From IMG/VR virus record IMGVR_UViG_3300025889_000070: 64,000 bases of DNA. The stretch is one strand, 5' to 3'. Under the pieces are notes generated by a model. That model ran no database searches, was not told the DNA's origin, and saw only the letters and a program-made list of their open reading frames with translations. Below, one piece after another: positions 1 through 8,635 of the stretch. The stretch is from a virus (taxonomy: Duplodnaviria; Caudoviricetes). Positions within the stretch are counted from its first letter, which is position 1, and every line of letters starts with the position of its first letter. Both the position numbers and the translations under genes were made by a program.

Positions 1-1
1 A

Positions 2-835
2 GATGACTGGTTTGATAATGTATGCTTGCCTATTGTAAATGAAACAAGTGGATGGGCATTTGGTGGTGTACAAAAAACAAACCTCAACCACAGCCTAAGA
101 AGGTTGCTATATCTCAAAGAACTTGGATTGCTACAAAAAGCAGAATGGATTCACTTCTTGGGCACAGGTAGACTTGACCAGGGTGTAATGTATACTGCTA
201 TGCAACGGGCTATCAGAAAGTCTATAAATCCGTTCCTTACAATAAGCATGGATTGTGCAAGTCCATTTATTGCTACAGCAAACGGCCAAGTGTATACTGA
301 CAATACATTTAACAACAAGCGTATTGGCTACAACATGGTACACATGGTAGACGAAAAGGATCCCGCAAACAAAGAAGCACCCTGGCCCTGGGACGACTCA
401 CCTATTGGCGCCAGACTTACCTGGCGTGATGTTAACTGGTATGATCCAGGTGACTTAAACAAGATTGGTAAAGAAGGCAAAACCAGTTGGGATAGTTTTG
501 CATACTGTTTGATGATGGGACATAACATCTACAAGCATATTGATTCAGTACAAATGGCTAACCGTCTAATGGCAAGGCCAATTGGTATGAATGAATGGAT
601 ACCAGACCAATATTTGCAATTCCAGGATCTATGTGTAGACTTGTTTGCTAGAGATTATAACAAGAGCATGGCTGCTATTGATGCAGAACTTGACAAGCAT
701 GAAGGTTTGATTAGTAAACTAAGCCGTATTAAAAATCTTAAAAACACAAACGCATTTGAGAGTTTGTTTAGTTTTGATGTTCCAACAACCAACACTGATA
801 TAGACAGTAGCCAGGAAGAGGACGATGCCCGATGA
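2..835 (+). CDS. TGT/DpdA-like guanine transglycosylase (5' partial; frame open to window start)
   Basis: GWAFGG, IHFLGTG, SMDCASPFIATANGQVY and MGHNIY align in order with Tgt motifs GYAVGG, YLMGVG, FDCVMPTRNARNGHLF and IHNL. The catalytic Asp is kept. Lies next to folE; queD/queE are downstream. Confidence 0.75.
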   Translation, partial: DDWFDNVCLPIVNETSGWAFGGVQKTNLNHSLRRLLYLKELGLLQKAEWIHFLGTGRLDQGVMYTAMQRAIRKSINPFLTISMDCASPFIATANGQVYTDNTFNNKRIGYNMVHMVDEKDPANKEAPWPWDDSPIGARLTWRDVNWYDPGDLNKIGKEGKTSWDSFAYCLMMGHNIYKHIDSVQMANRLMARPIGMNEWIPDQYLQFQDLCVDLFARDYNKSMAAIDAELDKHEGLISKLSRIKNLKNTNAFESLFSFDVPTTNTDIDSSQEEDDAR

Positions 836-1908
836 ACACCATTTATATTATATGTCTGGAGCCTATTGATCAGAGATATACTAAACAGTGGTTTACAAAC
901 ATTCCCAGTATACTGGAACAGCGTATCCAGGAACAGGGCTTAGATTATCGTGTAGTTACTATTGAAGGTGACACAGTGCCTGATAATACTACAGCAGGTG
1001 CGTTTTTGGACTTTGGTGCTACAAACGTCTACAAAGCAAGCCAGACTGTAACTGTTAGCAAGATGTTTAGTCAGGGAGACATCAAGCCTGGTGATAAGTT
1101 TTTAGTTACAGATGCCTGGAACTTTATTATTACACCTATCAAATACATGAGTGACCTGCTGGACATTCCAGTAGAAATACACAGCATCTGGCATGCTGGG
1201 GCATATGATCCCAGTGACATCCTGGGTTACAAAATGAACAAGCCATGGCCCTGGGATGCTGAGCGTAGTTGGTTTTATAGCAGTGACTATAACTACTATG
1301 CCAGTGAAAATCATCGTAAAATGTTTTTAACTAACTTAAACATACCAGAAGAATATCATCACAAAGCAGTGCGAAGTGGCCAGCCACACGAATTGATAAT
1401 CGATGATCTTGTTAGGCATCAGAATACAGACAAACAAGATCGTGTTATGTGGCCACATCGTTACAATGCTGACAAGCAACCAGCGATCGCAGAAGATCTT
1501 GCTGCCAACTTTGACATGGTTATTACTCAGAAAATGAACTTGAACAAAGCAGATTACTATGCTACAATGGGCACAAGTAAACTTATTTTTAGTTGTGCAC
1601 TACATGAGAACCTTGGCATCAGTGTCATGGAAGCAGTGCTAACTGGAGCAGTTCCAGTGGTGCCGGATCGTTGTAGTTACAGTGAAATGTATTTAGATGA
1701 ATTTAAATATCCCAGTGAGTGGACAGAGGATCTGGAAAGTTATCAGAAAAATAAACACAGGGTAGCAGAGTTTATTCAGGATAAACTGGATAACTACTCT
1801 AATTATCATAATCTTATTCGTGAGCAACAGAGTATTCTCGTACGAGATTATTTAAGCAGCAATATTATGATGGACAAATTATTAGAAAAAAAGGAACTTA
1901 GTGCATGA
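832..1908 (+). CDS. GT-B glycosyltransferase, GTDC1/QTMAN (DUF3524)-like
   Basis: Retaining GT-B signature HENLGISVME (E-x7-E). WPHRYNADKQP resembles the WPHRWEHDKDP motif I recall for GTDC1/QTMAN. ATGA overlap with the upstream gene. Confidence 0.85.
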   Translation: MNTIYIICLEPIDQRYTKQWFTNIPSILEQRIQEQGLDYRVVTIEGDTVPDNTTAGAFLDFGATNVYKASQTVTVSKMFSQGDIKPGDKFLVTDAWNFIITPIKYMSDLLDIPVEIHSIWHAGAYDPSDILGYKMNKPWPWDAERSWFYSSDYNYYASENHRKMFLTNLNIPEEYHHKAVRSGQPHELIIDDLVRHQNTDKQDRVMWPHRYNADKQPAIAEDLAANFDMVITQKMNLNKADYYATMGTSKLIFSCALHENLGISVMEAVLTGAVPVVPDRCSYSEMYLDEFKYPSEWTEDLESYQKNKHRVAEFIQDKLDNYSNYHNLIREQQSILVRDYLSSNIMMDKLLEKKELSA

Positions 1909-2594
1909 GAAATACTTCCGAACAAATTATAGAACGTATAAAACAGTCCAATGGCCGTTACTGGGCTGGAGATAATATTAGTGAATATCTAGGGCCAGGT
2001 GACAAAGAAGCACTTATTGAAGAACTTACTGTTAAGTTTGAAAGTGTACTGGATAGTTTGGTGATCGATCGTCACACTGATCCAAACAGTCAGGATACTG
2101 GCAGACGTTTGGCCAAGATGTACATTCGAGAGATAATGAGTGGTCGTTACAATCCTAAACCTAACGCAACAGCATTTCCTAATCATACAAATGAGCGATA
2201 TGATGGTATGCTAGTCGTGCGTAGTGAACTTAAAAGTATGTGTTCACACCACCATCAACCAGTCACTGGTGTAGCATACATTGGAATTATTGCTGCTGAT
2301 ACTCTCATTGGTTTAAGTAAATATACACGAATAGCACAATGGTGTGCTCGCCGTGGAACTCTACAAGAAGAACTTGCCATGGATATTGCCCGAGAAATTC
2401 AGGCAGCAACTGGCAGTAATGATGTTGGCGTATATATTCAGGCTACACATGGTTGTTGTGAAAATCGCGGCATAGGTGCTCATAGTAGCCTAACACAAAC
2501 TACAGTTTTGCGTGGCAGTTTCCACAATGATCCTGCTTGCAAGAAAGAGTTTATGGATAACATTAAACTACAACAAGGATTTGCTCCAAGATGA
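1905..2594 (+). CDS. folE: GTP cyclohydrolase I
   Basis: SMCSHHHQP, GLSKYTRIA, LQEELA, HGCCENRG and TTVLRGSF motifs. Confidence 0.97.
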   Translation: MRNTSEQIIERIKQSNGRYWAGDNISEYLGPGDKEALIEELTVKFESVLDSLVIDRHTDPNSQDTGRRLAKMYIREIMSGRYNPKPNATAFPNHTNERYDGMLVVRSELKSMCSHHHQPVTGVAYIGIIAADTLIGLSKYTRIAQWCARRGTLQEELAMDIAREIQAATGSNDVGVYIQATHGCCENRGIGAHSSLTQTTVLRGSFHNDPACKKEFMDNIKLQQGFAPR

Positions 2595-3301
2595 TACTGT
2601 TATTTGATGTAGACGGTACTCTTACTCCGAGCAGGGGAGAAATGAATCTTGAGTTTGCTAATAAGTTTCTCAAGTTAAAAAACTTTAGTTTAGTCACTGG
2701 CAGTGACTGGCCAAAAACAGTGGAACAAGTTGGCACAAAAATATTTGAAGATGCTGATTATTCATTTAATTGTAGCGGCAATGATGTTTACAGCAAAGGA
2801 AAACACATAGCCAAAAATAACTGGAAACCCGGCACAGACTTACTGGATTACCTTAGCAAGTGTTTAGGGGAATCTAGTTATCCTGAAAAATATGGTAACC
2901 ATATTGAAATACGAACTGGAATGCTTAACTTTAGTATAGTAGGAAGAAATGCTATAGGTAAGCAAAGAACAGATTATTATAACTGGGACGTTCAAATGCT
3001 GGAACGTGACAGAATATGCAGAGGAATCAAATATCATTTTCCAGAACTTTGTGCTGAAGTTGGTGGTGAAACTGGTGTTGACATTTATCCAGTTGGTAAT
3101 GATAAATCCCAGTGCTTAAAATATTTTGGTGGTCGACCAATACATTTTTTTGGTGATTCTTGTCACGCCGGCGGGAATGATTATAGCATAGCAAGTATAC
3201 TGGAATCTAGATCAGATTGTAAAGTATATCATGTCAATGATTGGAAGGAAACATGGCAGATCCTAAACCAAAAATATATGAATCACCTGATGGTGGATTA
3301 A
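2591..3301 (+). CDS. pmm: Phosphomannomutase, eukaryote-type HAD IIB
   Basis: LFDVDGTLTPSR, VTGSD, IEIRTGMLNFSIVGR and HFFGD..GGNDY, characteristic of the PMM1/PMM2/Sec53 family. Confidence 0.9.
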   Translation: MILLFDVDGTLTPSRGEMNLEFANKFLKLKNFSLVTGSDWPKTVEQVGTKIFEDADYSFNCSGNDVYSKGKHIAKNNWKPGTDLLDYLSKCLGESSYPEKYGNHIEIRTGMLNFSIVGRNAIGKQRTDYYNWDVQMLERDRICRGIKYHFPELCAEVGGETGVDIYPVGNDKSQCLKYFGGRPIHFFGDSCHAGGNDYSIASILESRSDCKVYHVNDWKETWQILNQKYMNHLMVD

Positions 3302-3585
3302 CTGTATACGCCAGAGATTTTGGTGCTCCAACGGATAGTAGAGTCGAGATTACCATGCCTGATAATCTTTACTATGACGAATTGTCTGGCTGGGAAGTTA
3401 AAATAAGTGATAATCGTTCTAACGGTTATATAGAGTATGACGCCATCAAAGAAGCAATAAAAAGTAACAGTACATTTGTAGATGTTGAATTACACAACAA
3501 ATATCCTGAACTCAGGGAAGCCTGGGAAGAATACAAAAAATTACAGGATCAATATAGTATGTGGCAACATATAGCACAAAAATAA
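3253..3585 (+). CDS. Hypothetical phage protein (IYESPDGG motif)
   Basis: ORF with GGAAGGA SD before the ATG at 3253. Confidence 0.75.
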   Translation: MADPKPKIYESPDGGLTVYARDFGAPTDSRVEITMPDNLYYDELSGWEVKISDNRSNGYIEYDAIKEAIKSNSTFVDVELHNKYPELREAWEEYKKLQDQYSMWQHIAQK

Positions 3586-3588
3586 TCC

Positions 3589-3623
3589 AAAACGGTTGAC
3601 GTTCGACAACCTCATGCTATCAT
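3589..3623 (+). promoter_or_regulatory. Sigma70-like early promoter of the subtilase gene
   Basis: AAAACGG-TTGACG, 16-nt spacer, TGc-TATCAT; same pattern as promoters at 15285 and 19629. Confidence 0.75.
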
Positions 3624-3664
3624 AATATTATGCAATGGTGCATATTTGATAAATGAGGTAAAAA

Positions 3665-6600
3665 ATGAACAAAGCATATATTGGTGCTTTGCTTGCTTCA
3701 ACTGCTCTGCTCAGTGCTTGTGTTCCTGGAAGTGGAACTCTAAGCTCTGCTGCAAGTACTGTAAAGTCTGCGTTTAACGCTAACAACGCTTTTGCTGTTA
3801 TTAGTGGGCAAATCTCAGAACTTGAAAATGTAGTTGCGGTGGCGCAAAGCAGCGCAAGCCTAAGCGCATTGGTCAATCCAACTAATGAAGACAGGACCAA
3901 TGCTGCCAACGTCGTTAGCAAGATTGATGCTGTTATCCGTGGCTGGGAAGATCATAAAGCCAACATGGATCCTAATCTACTTGCCGTTAAACTTAGTACA
4001 GCAGAATGGCGGCAAGCAGAAGCTGTTGTAAAACTACTCAAGGATGATCTCCGTCCCGTAGTTGACCGTGTAGTTCAGGGCGGCAACTATGATACCAAAG
4101 ACTTTGAATTCCTCGCAAAGAAGGAATCACTTGAACAAAAGATTAATGAAAAGAAGGCTGCCATTTTTGAAGCAGCCCAGCCCACTGTTATTAGCGCAAC
4201 TACCAGTGCAGTAACAGTAAACACTGGAGCGTCGTCCATGTCTCCTGAACGTGTCAAAAGCACTGAAGTTGTAGACGGTACACAAACGGTAACAGGTGGT
4301 AGTAGCATAAGCGATCTAACTCGTACAGCAACCTGGACCAGGACAACTACTCTGAGCATGGAGTATGATCGTACCTGGACTGTTGATGTACAGGATGTTA
4401 CTACAACTGTTTTCAGTAATGGTACTACATCTGAATCTCGTGGTACAGTTCGCAGCATTACAAACACTCAGACGTTTGATGCTCAACCACAGGTTAGCAG
4501 CCAGGAGATGACGCAAAACATTGGTTATACTGTTACAGAGCAGAATACACCAACTGTTAGTGTTACTAATGGAGAACCCACTGTTGTTGCTGAACACGTA
4601 GATAGGGTTGAACAAACAACTCAGGAAAATGGAAGTATTTTACATACTACTATTAGGACTACTACAACTACTACTACCACTCCTGTGACAACTACTACAA
4701 CTTATCCAAAAATTAGTGTCTACAACTATGAAGATGGACACTCTTTTACACACGATGCTACTGATGAAGTTTTGAGTAGCACAGTGGATGATGTTGTTGT
4801 TGCTACCAGTGAGGCTGTCGTAGAAACTATTACTGAGCATGTTGTAACAACAGAAACTACTACTAATGAAGTTGTTACACAGGTTACAGAAGGTAATCCA
4901 GTATTTGTTACTACACACGAAGATGTTACTACTACAAATACTGTAAACGGCGTAACTACTACTACAGTTACTCGTAACTATACTACAACTGCTACAGTGA
5001 CAACTACTACCACGACAAGTACTACCCCTGTAACTGTTAAAGTGTGGACAGACGGTAAACAAGAAACTATTCGTGGCGAAACTGTTGTAACAACGGAAAC
5101 CAGTGAAAGTGTAGTAACTGACCAGTGGGCAAAAGTAATGGAACAAACCACTACTGATGCTGTTGCGGAAGAAACTACAGAGTCAGCAGGAAGTGTTAAT
5201 CTTGCTGACCTAGGAACCCCAACGCCTGGAATGAGCAGCAATCCAGCAGACTTTAAGACCAATGAGTTTACCCTTGGTGCTACTGGTGGCTGGACTGACA
5301 ACAAAAGCATTATCAAGGCTGATGTTGCTTATAGTCGTGGTTGGACTGGTAAAGGTAGTTTGATTACCATTGCTGACACTGGCTATAATACCACGCACAC
5401 TGACTTAGAAGCAAAACACACTTTTAATACTATCACCGGTGATTCGACTAACATGGAAGATAATGTTGGACACGGATCACATGTTATGGGTATTGCAGCT
5501 GGCCGTAGAAACGGAACTGGTATGCATGGTGTAGCATTTGATGCTGATGTTGCTGTAGTTAAAGTAACAGATACCACAGGTTACAGTTTCGCTCGTGCTA
5601 GAACTGGCGCGACTTGGGCTGCTAACCTAGGCAGTGTTGCTTACAACGTAAGTGCTAACTATAGCTCAGACAGTGCTTTGCGTAGCAGTATTGTAGCAAC
5701 AGGTGATGGCACCTATAAGTCCACGCACTATTACTACGGTGTTAATGGCTATAATGGTGTACTACAAGAAGCCCAATTATGGAAAACCGCACTGGGTACT
5801 GAACAGATCCTAGTAAACAGTGCCGGCAACCAGACCAGCGATGTTGTATTTGGAACAGGACAAATGGCAACTGCTACAGAAAATGGTCAGCTTATCCTAG
5901 GCGGACGAATGCTGGTAGTTGGCAACTGGGACCAGAATAACAACGTTGTTCAGGGTGCAAAAGCTGGTCATCTTTGTACCACATACGATGAAGCAGCAGC
6001 AACTTGTAAAGACGCTGCTAGCATGCGGGACTTTTACATTCTTGCTCCAGGCATGAGTGTTAAGAGTGCTAACAAAGGAGATCCAAACGCTATCGTAGAC
6101 ATGAGTGGTACTAGTATGGCAGCACCACAGGTTACTGGCGCACTTGCTATTCTTAACCAAATGTGGCCACACATGAAAGGTGAAAACCTTGTCAAGTTGG
6201 TAACTACTACTGCCAGCAAGGACTTGCCTGGATACAATCCAGGTGTACACGGCAGCGGTTTGCTGGATTTGGATCGTGCTACACAGCCTGTAGGTGCTAC
6301 TGGTATCCCAACAAGTGGTCGTACCAGTGGCGCTATCGCAAGCCTGAGCACACTAAGCGGTGGTGCCCTAGTTGGCTCAATTAGCAGTGAAGCATTTGCT
6401 CCGCTTGCAAATGTTATGGTACTAGACAGCTTTGAGCGTGATTACACTATTGACCTTAGTGAAGCACAAAAGGTTGATACACGCCCAGGTAGCTATGTAG
6501 AATCTCTAGCATTTGGCAACGGCGACTACGACGCTTATGGAAACCTTGCCAGCAGTAATGCTAATCTTGCACTACCAAACATGCTAGGCTATACTGGTAA

Positions 6601-7231
6601 TATTAAAATCAACGAGAACGCAACTGGCGACTATGCATTTAGTGTTGGTTACAATCTTGTTGATGATAAGGATACCAAAGTAGATTTTGGTTTGGGCTTT
6701 GTCAAAGAAACAGGTAAGTTTCTTAACAACGTTCAGCAGGGCTTCATGGGAGTTGGTGAAAATCACACCACAAACTATGCCAGCCTAAAGATTAAACACA
6801 ACTTCAATGATACAGTGTTTGGGTTTGGTAATCTCCAGCTGGGTATGACAGATGTTGAATCCAGCAAGGATTTTAGCCTAGTTACAGGATACAGCAATCT
6901 AGTAAGTCGCAGTTTTGCTGTAGGCGCTGGGGTAAAGCCTGCTCAAGGCTGGAAACTCGGGGCTACATATAGTCAGCCACTAAATATCATGAGTGGCAAA
7001 ATGAACTACAAAGTTCCTGTAGCCAGAACCTTGGATGGTCAAGTTCAGTTTAATGAAGGAAGTGCTGATGCAAGCACAAAAGTTATTGAACATGACCTGG
7101 GTCTTTTTGTACAATATAAGATGGATGAAAACTTTAGCTTTGCTGGCTATGGTGAACACAGAATAAACGTTGCCGGTACAAAAGGAAACAGCCAGACTAA
7201 CGTAGGTGTAAAATTTAACTGGCAGTTCTAA
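3665..7231 (+). CDS. Lipoprotein S8 subtilase with Thr/Val-rich stalk and C-terminal beta-barrel-like domain
   Basis: Lipobox LLSAC; catalytic IADTG, HGSHVMG, NSAGN and GTSMAAP; ends with alternating residues and a terminal Phe (VGVKFNWQF). Confidence 0.9.
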   Translation: MNKAYIGALLASTALLSACVPGSGTLSSAASTVKSAFNANNAFAVISGQISELENVVAVAQSSASLSALVNPTNEDRTNAANVVSKIDAVIRGWEDHKANMDPNLLAVKLSTAEWRQAEAVVKLLKDDLRPVVDRVVQGGNYDTKDFEFLAKKESLEQKINEKKAAIFEAAQPTVISATTSAVTVNTGASSMSPERVKSTEVVDGTQTVTGGSSISDLTRTATWTRTTTLSMEYDRTWTVDVQDVTTTVFSNGTTSESRGTVRSITNTQTFDAQPQVSSQEMTQNIGYTVTEQNTPTVSVTNGEPTVVAEHVDRVEQTTQENGSILHTTIRTTTTTTTTPVTTTTTYPKISVYNYEDGHSFTHDATDEVLSSTVDDVVVATSEAVVETITEHVVTTETTTNEVVTQVTEGNPVFVTTHEDVTTTNTVNGVTTTTVTRNYTTTATVTTTTTTSTTPVTVKVWTDGKQETIRGETVVTTETSESVVTDQWAKVMEQTTTDAVAEETTESAGSVNLADLGTPTPGMSSNPADFKTNEFTLGATGGWTDNKSIIKADVAYSRGWTGKGSLITIADTGYNTTHTDLEAKHTFNTITGDSTNMEDNVGHGSHVMGIAAGRRNGTGMHGVAFDADVAVVKVTDTTGYSFARARTGATWAANLGSVAYNVSANYSSDSALRSSIVATGDGTYKSTHYYYGVNGYNGVLQEAQLWKTALGTEQILVNSAGNQTSDVVFGTGQMATATENGQLILGGRMLVVGNWDQNNNVVQGAKAGHLCTTYDEAAATCKDAASMRDFYILAPGMSVKSANKGDPNAIVDMSGTSMAAPQVTGALAILNQMWPHMKGENLVKLVTTTASKDLPGYNPGVHGSGLLDLDRATQPVGATGIPTSGRTSGAIASLSTLSGGALVGSISSEAFAPLANVMVLDSFERDYTIDLSEAQKVDTRPGSYVESLAFGNGDYDAYGNLASSNANLALPNMLGYTGNIKINENATGDYAFSVGYNLVDDKDTKVDFGLGFVKETGKFLNNVQQGFMGVGENHTTNYASLKIKHNFNDTVFGFGNLQLGMTDVESSKDFSLVTGYSNLVSRSFAVGAGVKPAQGWKLGATYSQPLNIMSGKMNYKVPVARTLDGQVQFNEGSADASTKVIEHDLGLFVQYKMDENFSFAGYGEHRINVAGTKGNSQTNVGVKFNWQF

Positions 7232-7241
7232 GGAGGAAGAA

Positions 7242-7724
7242 ATGCAACTAGTGCAGATCACATTAGAAAACTATAAGAAACTTAAATTTAATATCGATGA
7301 TGATCCAGTACGGCCTGAGCTAACTTTAGACTTTAGACTAGCACCAGGGCGTGAGATTTGGGCACTAGTTGCAGATGACGAATACAAGGCGGCGGTCTGT
7401 GTGGCATACTGCAACGAAGTACCTATTACTGTAAAAGAACTTGATTATTACAGTCAAGCAGCGCATCAAGACGATCAACATGGTAATATTGCAATCGCAT
7501 ACACAGTTTGGACCAAGCAACCTGGTGCTGGAAGAAAACTAATATTGGACATGATAAAACTATTAGAACAACAACGTGTCCTGCGCCTAGTAACTCTAAG
7601 TCCAAAAACAGCAATGGCGAGAAAATTCCATTTAAGAAATGGCGCCTTTATTTTTCAATTAAATACTGAGACAGACAACTATGAATATAAACTTTATCAA
7701 GAACAGGAAACGAGTAATACTTGA
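7242..7724 (+). CDS. Hypothetical protein, possible GNAT-like fold
   Basis: YTVW..QPGAGRKLI and ARKFHLRNGA resemble GNAT acetyl-CoA-binding motifs; strong SD AAGGAGG. Confidence 0.55.
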   Translation: MQLVQITLENYKKLKFNIDDDPVRPELTLDFRLAPGREIWALVADDEYKAAVCVAYCNEVPITVKELDYYSQAAHQDDQHGNIAIAYTVWTKQPGAGRKLILDMIKLLEQQRVLRLVTLSPKTAMARKFHLRNGAFIFQLNTETDNYEYKLYQEQETSNT

Positions 7725-8124
7725 CAGACTGGGAAACAACCCTTATCTTGTTAGATACTACTTGTTCCTTAAAGATAGAAAATGGTTTCCATTCAATATT
7801 TTCCTACACAAGTTTCTAAGCAGTGACCCAGATGAACTACATGACCATCCCTGGCCCTACTTTACACTTATACTACGCGGCGGATACTGGGAAACAACAC
7901 CAAATGGCAGATTTTGGAGACAGCCTGGGCATTTTAGGTTTTGTAAACCAAAAGATTTACATCGCATTGAACTAGAGCCTGATATTACCGCCTGGACTCT
8001 TTTTATTCCTGGCCCAAAACTTAGAGAATGGGGTTTTATAGTAAACGGAAAGTGGATGCATAACGAGCAATATTTTGCTTGGAGAAAACAAAAGGTAAAA
8101 AATGAAAAAGTTGTATCTTTCTAA
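7681..8124 (+). CDS. Cupin-like protein
   Basis: LHDHPWPYFTLILRGGYWE and LHRIEL metal-binding cupin pattern. Confidence 0.7.
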   Translation: MNINFIKNRKRVILDRLGNNPYLVRYYLFLKDRKWFPFNIFLHKFLSSDPDELHDHPWPYFTLILRGGYWETTPNGRFWRQPGHFRFCKPKDLHRIELEPDITAWTLFIPGPKLREWGFIVNGKWMHNEQYFAWRKQKVKNEKVVSF

Positions 8125-8635
8125 TAAACAGATTAAAAAAAGCATACACGATATTGTTTCACAAATGTATGCTGATAACTGGCGACCTGACTACATTGTA
8201 GGTATTACTCGTGGCGGTCTTGTCCCCGCTGTTCTTATGAGCCATCTAACAGGTATTAAGATGCATACCCTTGATGTTAGATTACGTGATGCCGCTGGCG
8301 AAAATGAATCCAACTACTGGATGGCAGAGGATGCTTTTGGCAACCATAGAACTGATGATCTACCAAGTTATAGCAATCCGCATCTTAGGAAAAATATTTT
8401 AATCTTGGATGATATCAATGATAGCGGAGCAACTCTTGAATGGATCAAAAACGATTGGCCCAGCGGATGCTTGCCAAATGATCCTGCTTGGAATGATGTT
8501 TGGCACAATAATGTTCGTTTCGCGACCATTGTAAATAATCTATCAAGTCCCTTTGAAGTTGATTATTCCTGTATCGAAATAAACAAAGCGGAAGAAGATG
8601 TTTGGGTAGTTTTTCCCTATGAGGAATGGTGGTAA
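8102..8635 (+). CDS. Type I phosphoribosyltransferase (purine PRT-like)
   Basis: VGITRGGLVPA, PRPP loop LILDDINDSGATL, and WVVFPYE C-terminus. Confidence 0.9.
   Translation: MKKLYLSNKQIKKSIHDIVSQMYADNWRPDYIVGITRGGLVPAVLMSHLTGIKMHTLDVRLRDAAGENESNYWMAEDAFGNHRTDDLPSYSNPHLRKNILILDDINDSGATLEWIKNDWPSGCLPNDPAWNDVWHNNVRFATIVNNLSSPFEVDYSCIEINKAEEDVWVVFPYEEWW

Noticed and set aside
4640-5160. ACT/ACA-rich repetitive stretch as a possible CRISPR or tandem array
   Set aside because: The periodicity is codon-level (poly-Thr) inside an ORF; there is no constant repeat with unique spacers.
3628-7261. Many antisense ORFs inside the subtilase gene
   Set aside because: They are by-products of biased Thr/Val/Ser codon usage on the sense strand and lack SDs or domains.
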